From Macrostomum lignano (Eukaryota), in NCBI GenBank assembly GCA_002269645.1, contig NIVC01000521.1, positions 1 through 64,000 of the forward strand: a DNA stretch of 64,000 nucleotides, in the 5' to 3' direction. Shown in pieces: positions 13,985 to 26,495 of the stretch; the stretch's first letter is position 1, and each line of letters begins with the position of its first letter. Both the position numbers and the translations under genes were made by a program. The notes under the pieces are model-generated. The model had not been told where the DNA came from, did not search any database, and saw nothing but the letters and a program-made list of their open reading frames with translations.

Positions 13985-16472
13985 AGAGGAGAGAGAGGGT
14001 GGGAGCGGAGAAAGGGTGGGAGAGGAGAAAGAATTTGGGAGAAGAGAGAGGGTGGGAGAGGAGAGAAAGGGTGGAAGAGGAGAGAGAGGGTGGGAGAGGA
14101 GAGAGAGGGTGGGAGAGTAGAGAGAGAGGGTGGGAGAGTAGAGAGAGAGGGTGGGAGAGGAGAGAGAGGATGGGAGAGGAGAGAGGGTGGGAGAGGAGAG
14201 AGAAGGTGGGAGAGGAGAGAGAGGGTGGGAGAGGAGAGAGGGTGGGAGAGGAGAGAAAGGGTGGGAGAGGAGAGAGAGGGTGGGAGAGGAGAGAGAGGGT
14301 GGGAGAGGAGAGAGGGTGGGAGAGGAGAGAGGGTGGGAGAGGAGAGAGAGTGGAAGAGGAGTGAGAGAGGGGGGAGGAGAGAGGGTGGGAGAGGAGAGAG
14401 AGGGTGGGAGAGGAGAGAGAGGGTGGGAGAGGAGAGAGGGTGGGAGAGGAGAGAGGGTGGGAGAGGAGAGAGAGTGGAAGAGGAGTGAGAGAGGGGGGAG
14501 GAGAGAGGGTGGGAGAGGAGAGAGGGTGGGAGAGGAGAGAGAGTGGAAGAGGAGTGAGAGAGGGGGAGGAGAGAGGGTGGGAGAGGAGAGAGAGGGTGGG
14601 AGAGGAGAGAGAGGGTGGGAGAGGAGAGAGAGGGTGGGAGAGGAGAGAGAGGGTGGGAGAGGAGAGAGGGTGGGAGAGGAGAGAGGGTAGGAGAGGAGAG
14701 AGAGTGGAAGAGGAGTGAGAGAGGGGGGAGGAGAGAGGGTGGGAGAGGAGAGAGAGGGTGGGAGAGGAGAGAGAGGGTGGGAGAGGAGAGAGGGTGGGAG
14801 AGGAGAGAGGGTGGGAGAGGAGAGAGAGTGGAAGAGGAGTGAGAGAGGGGGGAGGAGAGAGGGTGGGAGAGGAGAGAGAGGGTGGGAGAGGAGAGAGAGG
14901 GTGGGAGAGGAGAGAGAGGGTGGGAGAGGAGAGAGAGGGTGGGAGAGGAGAGAGGGTGGGAGAGGAGAGAGGGTAGGAGAGGAGAGAGAGTGGAAGAGGA
15001 GTGAGAGAGGGGGAGGAGAGAGGGTGGGAGAGGAGGGAGAGGGTGGGAGAGGAGAGAGAGGGTGGGAGAGGAGAGAGAGGGTGGGAGAGGAGAGAGAGTG
15101 GAAGAGGAGTGAGAGAGGGGGGAGGAGAGAGGGTGGGAGAGGAGAGAGGGTGGGAGAGGAGAGAGGGTGGGAGAGGAGGAGAGAGAGTGGAAGAGGAGTG
15201 AGAGAGGGGGGAGGAGAGAGGGTGGGAGAGGAGAAAAAGGGTGGGAGAGGAGAGAGAGGGTGGGAGAGGAGAGAGAGGGTGGGAGAGGAGAGAGAGGGTG
15301 GGAGAGGAGAGAGAGGGTGGGAGAGGAGAGAGAGGGTGGGAGAGGAGAGAGAGGCTGGGAGAGGCGTGAGAGAGGGGGAGGAGAGAGGGTGGGAGAGGAG
15401 AGAGAGGGTGGGAGAGGAGAGAGGGTGGGAGAGGAGAGAGAGTGGAAGAGGAGTGAGAGAGGGGGGAGGAGAGAGGGTGGGAGAGTAGAGAGAGAGGGTA
15501 GGAGAGGAGAGAGAGAGGGTGGGAGAGGAGAGAGAGGGTGGGAGAGGAAAGAGAGGGTGGGAGAGGAGAGAGAGGGTGGGAGAGGAGAGAGAGGGTGGGA
15601 GAGGAGAGAGAGGGGGGGAGAGGAGAGAGGGTGGGAGAGGAGAGAAAGGGTGGGAGAGGAGAGAGAGGGTGGGAGAGGAGAGAGAGGGTGGGAGAGGCGT
15701 GAGAGAGGGGGAGGAGAGAGGGTGGGAGAGGAGAGAGAGGGGGGAGGAGAGAGGGTGGGAGAGGAGAGAGAGGGTGGGAGAGTAGAGAGAGAGGGTGGGA
15801 GAGGAGAGAGAGGGTGGGAGAGGAGAGAGAGGGTGGGAGAGGAGAGAGAGGGTGGGAGAGTAGAGAGAGAGGGTGGGAGAGGAGAGAGAGTGGAAGAGGA
15901 GTGAGAGAGGGGGGAGGAGAGAGGGTGGGAGAGTAGAGAGAGGGGTGGGAGAGGAGAGAGAGAGGGTGGGAGAGGAGAGAGAGGGTGGGAGAGGAGAGAG
16001 AGGGTGGGAGAGGAGAGAGAGGGTGGGAGAGGAGAGAGGGTGGGAGAGGAGAGAGGGGGTGGGAGAGGAGAGAGAGGGTGGGAGGGTGAGAGAGGGGGAG
16101 GAGAGAGGGTGGGAGAGGAGAGAGGGTGGGAGAGGAGAGAGAGGGTGGGAAAGGAGAGAGAGGGTGGGAAAGGAGAGAGGGTGGGAGAGGAGAGAGGGTG
16201 GGAGAGGAGAGAGAGGGTGGGAGAGGAGAGAGAGGGTGGAGAGTAGAGAGAGAGGGTGGGAGAGGAGAGAGAGGGTGGGAGAGGAGAGAGAGGGTGGGAG
16301 AGTAGAGAGAGAGGGTGGGAGAGGAGAGAGAGGGTGGGAGAGGAGAGAGAGGGTGGGAGAGTAGAGAGAGAGGGTGGGAGAGGAGAGAGAGGGTGGGAGA
16401 GGAGAGAGAGGGTGGGAGAGTAGAGAGAGAGGGTGGGAGAGGAGAGAGAGGGTGGGAGAGGAGAGAGAGAGG
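13985..16472. repeat. 2.5-kb polypurine minisatellite (GAGAGGGTGGGAGAGGAGA variants)
   Basis: Almost pure G/A on the + strand. The many ORFs here are artefacts. Confidence 0.97.
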
Positions 16473-16868
16473 GAGTTTTGCGCCAACTTGGGGGGCTGAT
16501 GGCTGACAATTGAAATGCTATTTATAATCCTATATACTAAAAATGAGTTGTCTGTGGGTAGGTAGGTATGTGATAGTAGGAAATCTATCAATATGCTGGA
16601 CTAAAACGTTATGTTGATAACGCTAAAACTCTGTATTCTGTATATCGCTCTAGATGAGCTCAAAACTTAACTACTGCCTCAGGTCAGGTGATTATGACTT
16701 TGCGACAAACAGTGCGCCAACTAAAATCGAACGCTAAATGGCTCAGGTAGAACGCAAAAAAGTGCATTAGTCTGTTTATTCACTACTCATCTACTAGTAG
16801 GGCTTTCTAAAGAGTCCTATTTTTGTCGCTTTTTTAGCCGCTTCAGCTCCCTCAGCTTCTTCAGAGAC

Positions 16869-19800
16869 TCAATCAGCCAACCCAGCATCCGCATCAGCAG
16901 TAACAACAGCTGCAGCAGCAAATCTTCTGGTCGCCGTCAGCACCAAGACGCTGCCGCAGTCGCCCGATCCAGTCTGGGTCATTCGGTCGCTGTGCCAGCT
17001 GGCGTGAGTCACCTCGGTCTGAACAGCCCGTATTGAAGTTGGCGACTTGACTGGCGAATGGAGAGATGCGAGCTCAACTGCGGGACGATCGGCAAGGGGA
17101 AAGGAATGCGATGCCACGGTTCCGGAAGGGGCAGTTTTGATGACTTTATGTGTTAATTAGAAGGAACTCGATGTTAGACTGATGTTTGGGTAATTAAGAA
17201 ATTCTTTTCTAAGATTGTAAGTAGCCCAGTTGTACACACAGATCCCAGAATAACTGGATGGGCCACTCATGCGTATATACTTAGCAAAACAGCTTTCTAC
17301 TTTCAGTTCAGTAGCAATGAAGAATACATAGGCTATTTTATAAAAATAAAGGCAGCTGAGATGACTGTTTATGAGATGAGATGAGATGAGATCTAATATA
17401 CTAAAATAGATCGATATGAAATCCTCCCAAGTAATTTATTTTTACGTGAGCACAATTATTCAAATTGTATTATTAAACCATTGCAGATAGCAGATAGCAA
17501 AATGAAAATCTTGTTTGTTTGTACGCAATCGATTAGAGAAAAAATGGCTGGACCGATTTTCTTCGAACTTGCACTGTTCGATCAGAAATTTTCCCGTGAC
17601 GGTACATGCATCTTGGCTAAGAAATTGCTCCATGTTAAAGCGATTAAATATTCGAAAAACATGCTTTTTTGCAAAGGTCAAGCAAACTTTTCGACTTGAA
17701 ATGCATTGTAAGAATGCTAGAGAAAAAACTGACTGGTTGAATTCTGATTCTGAAATAGATTGCATCATAACTGAATTGTAACTCCAACTTGAATTGCGTC
17801 ACAGTATTGAAAATGCAGTGTGGAAGCGTAGCACCAGACTTGATTTAGATTGCGTAACCATATTCTCAACTTTAATTGAGACTGATACTGACTTGCCTGG
17901 GAAATTGATTATGTCATAACTGCTTCGTGAGTGAGTGTTGAATTATACAAGTGCTACAATTTCATTTATAAATTCGATAAGAGCTAGCCTAGATGTGAAC
18001 AGACTGGACTGCAAATGCAGCGACCTGGGTTCGAATCTTAGTAGTGAAAAGTTTTTTATTAAAAGCTTTTATTCAAGGACAAATGAAGGACAAAAGGCGT
18101 CATGTAAAAAATCATTGAAGCGTCATGTAAAAAATCATAGAAGCGTCATGAAACAATCATAGAAGCGTCATATAAAAATCATAGAAGCGTCATGTAAACA
18201 ATCATAGAAGCGTCATGTAAACAATCATAGAAGCGTCATGTAAAAAGCATAGAAGCGTCATGTAAAAAGCATAGAAGCGTCATATAAAACTCATAGAAGC
18301 GTCATTTAAAAAAATCATAGAAGCGTCATGTAAACAATCATAGAAGCGTCATGTTAAAAATCATAGAAGCGTCATGTAAAAAATCATAGAAGCGTCATGT
18401 AAAAAATCATAGAAGCGTCATGTAAACAATCATATAAGCGTCATTTAAAAATCATAGAAGCGTCATGTAAAAAATCATAGAAGCGTCATGTAAACAATCA
18501 TAGAAGCGTCATGTTAAAAATCATAGAAGCGTCATGTAAAAAATCATAGAAGCGTCATGTAAACAATCATAGAAGCGTCATTTAAAAAAGTCATAGAAGC
18601 GTCATGTAAACAATCATAGAAGTGTCATGTAAACAATCATAGAAGCGTCATGTAAAAAATCGTAGAAGCGTCATGTAAAATATCATAGAAGCGTCATTTA
18701 AAAAAGTCATAGAAGCGTCATGTAAAAATCGTAGAAGCGTCATTTAAAAATCATAGAAGCGTCATGTAAACAATCATAGACGCGTCATGTTAAAAATCAT
18801 AGAAGCGTCATGTAAAAAATCATAGAAGCATCATGTAAACAATCGTAGAAGCGTCATTAAAAATCATAGAAGTGTCATGTAAACAATCATAGAAGCGTCA
18901 TTTAAAAATCATAGAAGCGTCATGTAAAAAATCATAGAAGCGTCATGTAAACAATCATAGAAGCGTCATATAAAAATTATAGAAGCGTCATGTAAAAAAT
19001 CATAGAAGCGTCATGTAAACAATCATAGAAGCGTCATGTAAACAATCATAGAAGCGTCATGTAAAAAATCATAGAAGCGTCATGTAAACAATCATAGAAG
19101 CGTCATGTAAACAATCATAGAAGCGTCATGTAAAAAATCATAGAAGCGTCATGTAAACAATCATAGAAGCGTCATGTAAACAATCATAGAAGCGTCATGT
19201 AAAAAATCATAGAAGCGTCATGTAAACAATCATAGAAGCGTCATGTAAAAATCATAGAAGTGTCATGTAAACAATCATAGAAGCGTCATGTAAAAAATCA
19301 TAGAAGCGTCATGTAAACAATCATAGAAGCGTCATGTAAACAATCATAGAAGCGTCATGTAAAAAATCGTAGAAGCGTCATGTAAACAATCATAGAAGCG
19401 TCATTAAAAATCATAGAAGTGTCATGTAAACAATCATAGAAGCGTCATGAAACAATCATAGAAGCGTCATGTAAACAATCATAGAAGCGTCATGTAAACA
19501 ATCATAGAAGCGTCATGTAAAAATCATAGAAGTTTCATGTAAACAATCATAGAAGCGTCATGTTAAAAATCATAGAAGCGTCATGTAAAAAATCATAGAA
19601 GCGTCATGTAAACAATCGTAGAAGCGTCATTAAAAATCATAGAAGTGTCATGTAAACAATCATATAAGCGTCATTTAAAAATCATAGAAGCGTCATGTAA
19701 AAAATCATAGAAGCGTCATGTAAACAATCATAGACGCGTCATGTTAAAAATCATAGAAGCGTCATTAAAAATCATAGAAGTGTCATGTAAACAATCATAG

Positions 19801-22800
19801 AAGCGTCATGTAAACAATCATAGAAGCGTCATGTAAACAATCATAGAAGCGTCATGAAAAAATCATAGAAGCCTCATTAAAAACTAATGAAAGTGTCATT
19901 TAAAAAATTAAGAAGCATCATGGTAGAATAAAAGAAGCATCATGTCAGACATGAAGGGTGTCATGTAAAAATTAAATGCAGCTATAGTGCTGGGCTGGGG
20001 AGAAAAAACTGAGACGTCAAGGCTCACAGAGAATAACTGAGATTATAGGGGGGGGGGGGTTTCTGAGATGTCAAAGCAAAAGTCAGAAGCTACTTCAAAG
20101 TTCATGTACTTTACTCAATTTTTTTATTACATTCTTTGTTGGCTCGCCACAGGGGGGGGCGCTGATAGAAGAAGAGTCATGTAAAAAATAAAAGTAGCAC
20201 TACGTATACATAAAAGAAGAGTCATGTCGAAGTTAAAAGATTCCTTTGGGAATTGCTACGATGTCAAAGCTTGGTGGAAATCGTTATAGTACTGTGATTC
20301 TTAAAGAAGGAATCACTAAAATGTCAAGGCTTAGGGGAGAAGAATTGCTGAGATTTCAAGACTTTAGGTTGGGTTAAAGTTAGGTTTAGGTCAGGTTTGT
20401 GTTGAGGGTTATATTTTATCGGGTTTCAAGGTTAACGGGGGGGTTTTTAGATTTCAAGGTTTATGGAGGCCATCGCTGACATGTCAAGGCTTACGGGGGG
20501 GAATAGCTGACATGTCAAGGCTCACGGGGGTATAAATGAGATTTCAAGGCTAAAGTCAGAAGCTACATGTAGTTTATTGAAAACTTTTTATTACATTATT
20601 TGATGCCTCCTCATTGGAGGGATCGCTGATAAAAAAAGCGTAATGTAAAAAATAAAAGAAGCTTCATGTCGAAGTGAAGAGATGCATTTGGGAATCCCTA
20701 CGATGTCGAGGCTTGCAGGGAATCGCTATAATGCTATAGTAGTGCAATAATGACTCTTAGAGAGAATTACTGAAATGTCAATGCTTTAGGGTTAGGTTAG
20801 GGTTAGGGTTAGGTTAGGGTTAGGGCTAGGGTTAGGGTTAGGGTTAGGGTTAGGGTTAGGCTAGGGTTAGGGTTAGGGTTACGGTTAGGGTTAGGCTAGA
20901 GTTAGGGTTAGAAGGTTGACAGATATTTTTAGATTTCCAAGGCTTATTGGGGGCATTGCTGAGATGTCAAGGGGGGAAGTTGATATGTTAAAGCTTGTTG
21001 GGGGGGGAATTACTGACATTTCAAGGCTGACAAGTTTTGACAGGAGATTTTTTAAGATTTCAAGGATACCTGTAGCTTATTAAAAAAACGTGTATTGCAT
21101 TTCTTTGGCTCCCCAACGGGGGGCGTAGATTGCTAGTGACTTACTGAGATGAGATGACTGCCAAGCTTGCAGACGTAAACAGCTTGCCATAATTGGTTCA
21201 GAATTAATGTACATTCGCCACTGAAATGTACATGGTCCAGATTTAGACTGGAACAACCGAGGAAGGTAATAAAAATTGGGTGGCGGGGCAAAGGTAAAGG
21301 TTCTGTGTGGAGTTGAGAGTTTAAGCTTGAGGGTAAGAGCCAATAAATAAGCCTTGTATTTCAAAATACATTAAAATGCTTCAGTTTAACTTACTACTGA
21401 ACTGAAAGTAGCTTGCACGCAAATGTGCTAAGTGGCCTTTTTAGTTATTCTAGAATCTACACTTTTTCAGCTTGTCACAGGCTTGCAGCACCAATGGCCT
21501 TCAACTCGTGACATTTGTTCCGGCTCAAGGATTTAGCTGCCCATGCAGGTCTGTCTAACGAAAGAAACAACCGAAAATGTTAATATCCAGACGCAAGAAC
21601 TCACATCCGGTCTGAGAGCAATCGTCTATCTGCAGTTGACTGGACAGCAGCCTCTTAGCTTCGGGCTCAGGCTGTCTCTCCTGCAGCGGATACTGGCAGC
21701 CGCACTGCTCAGCCTGGCGCACGTTCAGCTCGGGACGCAGCAGGATGATGTACAACTTCGGGCCGAACAGGCAGGCCAATGTGACTGTGGCAGACAGGGT
21801 AATGGCAAAGCAAAGCGTTGCTACCCGGATGTGAACAAAAGCGCCAGTCAGGGCGTAGCAGGGAACGAAGCCAAGCCAGATGACGCACGAGCTGTACATG
21901 GTGAATCCGATGTGCTTAGTCTCGTTGAACCCGTCCGGGATGTTCCGAGCGAAGAAGGCGCAGACAGTGCAGAGCAGCACCAGCAGCATGGGGTAAGCCA
22001 GGCCGACCAGGTAGAGCAGGCCAATCAGAGACGAGCATACCAGCTGGTGTCGGTCACGTGACGGAAAGTGGCTAACCGACTTCGGCGGCTGCAGCAGGAG
22101 CCACCCGATGAGAGCGGCCAGTTGAACAGCGACAAGCAGCAGAAACAGCAGCACCTTGGATGCGTGGGGAGCAGTTGGCCAGTCATTTTGATTGCAGGGT
22201 ATTTGGACACTGGCTGTGAATTAACTGTACAGATAAGACTCGCAACCAGCGAGTAGGCAAGCCATCATGCCCATTCTGCTGACCCCGTTCTCATTGTCAG
22301 GCATATGCACACTCTGTGCCTTGGGGTTTGGCCCTCCTGGACGCGAGTTGAACCACAAGCCACAGACTGACTTTCGTGCACGAGCCCCAAATTATTGAAT
22401 TGAACCCGAGTGTACTTTGGTGCGATACTCAGACGTGCTACCGCTGACCTACTCTGCTCACGGTTGATGAGACTTAAAGTCTGGTTTTTAATGATCTTAG
22501 CGTCGTTGACGAATGCTCATGTACCTGCTTTAACGGCTCGAAACCTGGTCGTCCTGTTCTAAAGCGTCGCTCGAGGCGCACCGTCTTGACCAGCAGCGCC
22601 GACGAGCTGACGGCGACGCCGAATCCGACAACGAACCGTTGGACGCCGCAGAGCCAGTTGCTGGGCCGGGCGCACAGCAGGAAGGTCGCCGAGTAGCACA
22701 CGACGAGGCCGAGCAGCAGCAGCAGGCTCAGCTCCAGGCCGGAGGCTCGAACTACGGCGCTGTCGCGGTAGCGCGCAAATACGAAGAGGACAAACAGCGA

Positions 22801-25800
22801 CGCCGCGACGCCGAGGGAGGCAAGGGTCGCTGCCACAGCCGCCACCGGGTGGCCGAAGCTTAGGAACTCCTGAGAAAGAGTGGTTTCCCGGCGTTACAAG
22901 CCACAAGTAGAAATGAAAGCCTTGGATGTAAAACCTCTCTACTTCTAGAAGTAGCTCGTATCGTTCGCCAGGCCCAAAGCTTCTCAAATCTAAAAATTTG
23001 CTCGCATCGGATATGCTGAGATCGAATGGGTACTAGACTTCAAATCCGTCTGTCCCCAAGTTCACTGGACCTTTTACATGTAGCTCGTATAGTACTTGAC
23101 TTTGGAGTTAGTCATGATCACTAATTGATTGTCCTCTATTTCGAGGCACAAATCTTGAGTCGCAGACTCGACACATCGCTCAATCGAGCACTAGTCTTTG
23201 TGTCTCAGGTTCCAGAGCTATTCTTTACCATATCGATGGGCTCGCAAGTTGTCCTGTCTGAGGAGGGCCGAGTGCCCTTCTTGCACAGGATGCAATGCTG
23301 TCGTTCCTCGTCGACAACGTGATAATCCGGACAGTGGACGCACATCCAGCAGCTGCACTCGCCGGGTGACACCTGGCGGATTGAACTGTCCGAACATTCT
23401 GGCCGACAAGCGGACACTGGTGGCTGGCTGGCCCCGCCGCGGAAGCGCAGGCTGCTCCACTCGAGCTGGACGCCGCCGCGGGCTCCATCGAAGCGTCCGA
23501 CCTCGCGCCAGCTGTAGCCGCTTTCACTGTCCGCCTGGAAGTTCAGAATCCGATAGCGCGGCGGGCCATCCGCGTTGCCCGGCGTGAAGTGCACGTCCAT
23601 CCCGGATAGGCCCGTGAAATTGACTGACTTGAGCTCGACTAGCAGCTCGGAGCCACTAGTGGCCAGCCGGTGCAAACACGCTGGATGGGAAACTCCCGGA
23701 CGGCACAGGTGAATGCGGAGATTCTGAGGGAAGATTTTGCAGGGCAGTTTTGCATGCGAATGATTTTCACTTACACTTAGAGATTGTAGCCAGCCTCTCT
23801 TGCTCAACGCAGTCCACCTCACCCGCAACGCCACCGCGAACGCCATCACCGCATCACTGACGAACTGCAGCTGCGGCTCGAGCACGAACTTCGCGTCCGA
23901 CTCCGACATTCTGAGCTCTGGTCGGCACATCTCCGAGTGCTTCTGGTTGTACGGCGTTTGCGGCCCGTCGGGCAGCCAGCAGTCGAAGTAGTCCTCCCAG
24001 AACTCAGCGAACCACGGGTTCCGCTTGTTGGTGTCGGGTCGCAGGCTGAGGAAGTATTCCTTGAAGCCGACGATGGGCTCTGCTAGAGGCTGCACTGTCA
24101 CTGCTCCCTCGACCTGAGTTATGAGAAACAGTTTATCATTTGCAATTTAACCAGCTTATTTACGGGAGAAGGTGTTACAAGTTTATGAGGATCAGCCACC
24201 TACTGTCTTCTCATTTCCGTCTCTGTAAGCCAGTGGTCGGGCGCCCCAGCCGTCGGAGCCGATCCAGCTGAACTTGTCCGAGCAGTTGAGCCGTCTGACT
24301 GCCGACATGAAGTCGCCAACTTCTTGGTCGGAGCCGAATATAATTACTCCTGTGTAACAGTGTTGAGCAAAGACCCTCATTTAATATTTCTCTACTTCTC
24401 TACTAAAAGTAGCAGGAGCAGTATTCTGCCTTGATTTTCAGCGTGTACCTTTAGCGCCAAGTCCGTCAAATAGGCTCTGATGATTGAGTAGACGCTCGAT
24501 CTTGTCATAGTAGTCCTCAACTCTGGCCAGCTTCGAGTCTCGTGGCAGAGTTTCTACTCGGGCCAGGCAGATGTCGCTTTCCCTAAACAGTCTCTCCATC
24601 TGCTCAAGAGCCTGGATGGCAGGAGAGAATTAGAAATCCACAACTTATTTAACTTGAGAAATAAAAAACTTAAAATTAAGGTTCTTTATAAATTTACCAG
24701 CTTAATGCTTTCCTAGCTATGTTTTCGTACTAAACAATTTACAAACCGTTGAGCTAGAGCTTAATCACTGCATTTTTGAACAGGTTACCCCACACTAAGA
24801 GAGAGAGGGGTGTAGTGAAAGTCTTCCAATGTGAATTAAATCATAGCCATCATGCGAACCCACCCCTCTGCCATAACTTGAGTCCTCGTAGACGACTGAC
24901 ACGTACGACCAGTTGAACAGCTTGGCGAGCTCCACTATCGCCACAGCTTGGTAGGCGTCCGAGGGAATGGTTTTCATGAAGAATGGAAATCGATTCTTGT
25001 CCGACAGCTGCGGCGCTGTTGAAAAGAAGCTAATCTAAAATAGAGAAACTCTCGAGTTTAGAGCTCGTAGTTTGCAATAAATTTATGAGTTAAAGACAAC
25101 TCAAAATCCGTTAGAACCTGTGGAATATCAAACAACTTAAGCAGAGACGCCACGTGGCTCGACGTGATGGACGAAGGAGCTCCGACAACGCCAGTGATCA
25201 ATGGAGGCCCGTCGCCTTCGCCTCCAACTCCGGCGTCGAAGCTTGGGCGGCGACTGCACGCGGCCTGGCCGGAGCTGATCTTCGGCGAGGCTGCAGTGTT
25301 TCAGTGCAGGGCAGCGGTGTGAGCATCCTGGAGAGCAACGCCTTCGGCGACATCATCCCACAACCAGCGATGAGGCAATTTTGCCCATTGCTGAGCGCAT
25401 ACGAGTGCACCAATGCTGTGTGCAGGCACGCATTAATACACACGCTCACACAGGGTGCAAAGAGGTCCTGATTTTCTAATCTTCAGACATGTACCATAGG
25501 GATTGAATCACAAGACCACTCCCAGCCGATTTTAGTGTACAAGGCACGGGCCCTGAGTTGATGTGACTGCGAACGGAATCGAACCAGAGGCTATAGCGCG
25601 AGCGTCAGACTGCGACACATATGCATCCCACTATATGCCTATATACCCATTGTGCAACTTTCTCGTGCTTTATCTTTTTCCAGGAGCAGAGGACTTGGAA
25701 TCAACAAATTCTCTTCATATACCCCGGCCCCTGTACGGTATGGGTTGGGATAAAAATTTACCGAAACGAGTGAGATAGCTATGCAGAATCTCTGTGGCGA

Positions 25801-26495
25801 GGTTTGAACATAATAGTATGCATAATAGTAATGCCTGTACGTGTTGCTCACATAAAAGATTTACGTTTGGCGTACTTTTCTCGTCTACATGCACGCGATG
25901 CTTGCTCGGATGCATCAAGTTTTTGGTGCTTTTTTATGTTGACGTAGCTTTCAGAATGGGTCTCTAATGTTACTCGAAAGGTAGTAAAGCTTTGATAACC
26001 AATATCATAGGAACTAGGTGTACAGTGCGATTGCAGTCTGATATGCATCTGTAATCTGTTGCTCTCACCCTTAATGAACTCAACAGCTTGGTCTAGGCCG
26101 TAGGTGTCGCGGTCGCAGTCGTCCTTGATGAAGGCCCCGAGGGTAACGTTGGGTCCAGCCAGTCCAAGCCTGTTGACTTGGTCCAGTGTAAATAGCATGG
26201 CTTCGAGGGCCTGAACGCCGCCCTGCGGCATGACTGAACCGCAGACACGGCTTTCCGACCGCGAGTGAACCATCATTAGCCCTCCCAGGTAAATGTCACC
26301 TCTGACCAGCACACGCTGCTCTTTTACTGGCCACTGGTGCCAGCGACCGTCTCTGCCAGTGAAGTTCACCAACTGCTGTCGCCAGGAAGAGGCGCTACTC
26401 TTTGCTTCACTGCCAAGACCGCTGGCGCCGTCCGGTGTCAACGAGACAATCAGCCAAATTGGCAATGACAAGATAGACAAGCTCAAAATGCGCAT
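16869..26495 (-). CDS. Class C GPCR, metabotropic glutamate receptor-like, mXR/Mangetout-type; apparently intact multi-exon gene
   Basis: ATG at 26495 with signal peptide (MRILSLSILSLPIWLIVSL). Exons 26495-26069, 25290-25118 (ITGVVGAPSSITS..LFDIPQ), 25034-24864 (ISFFSTAPQLSDK..TIPSD..FNWSYVS..YG), 24611-~24450, ~24350-24196 (WIGSDGWG), ~24114-23823 (RNPWFAEFW), 23723-~23230 (cysteine-rich domain), ~22869-22527 (TM1-3), 22154-21605 (TM4-7, NIPDGFNETKHIGFTMY, PKLYIIL) and an inferred last exon 17143-16869 joined in phase 1 (T|GTGAGT ... AAG|TC). The junctions I traced were phase-compatible. Confidence 0.9.
18095..19930. repeat. 22-23 bp AT-rich satellite (CATAGAAGCGTCATGTAAA[A/C]AAT)n in the last intron of the class C GPCR
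   Basis: About 1.8 kb of tandem units. Confidence 0.97.
20786..20911 (+). repeat. Interstitial telomere-like (TTAGGG)n with TTAGG/CTAGGG variants
   Basis: About 20 units read directly. Confidence 0.93.
22285..22445 (-). mobile_element. tRNA-derived SINE, family B
   Basis: The minus strand has an A-box-like TCAGCGGTAGCACGT and a B-box GGGTTCAATTC, then body GGGCCAAACCCCAAGGCACAGAGTGTGCATATGCCTGAC. Related body fragments occur at ~12900-12960, ~52600-52640, ~52840-52880, ~59970-60045 and ~60735-60870. Confidence 0.65.

Noticed and set aside
13742-16591. Very long Ser/Pro/Leu and Glu/Arg/Gly ORFs (also those at 1207-3789, 34740-35909, 36257-37399 and 37979-39628)
   Set aside because: They are stop-free only because of simple repeat composition, with no domain or codon-usage support.
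17975-18045. tRNA-Cys-like sequence (GACTGCAAAT..GGGTTCGAATC)
   Set aside because: The acceptor and D stems do not pair. It is probably a decayed SINE head rather than a tRNA gene.
22155-22215. Apparent frameshift in the intact class C receptor before TM4
   Set aside because: Using the AAG|GTG acceptor at 22155 gives an in-frame PLKQ|VLLF junction matching the family pattern, so no lesion is needed.
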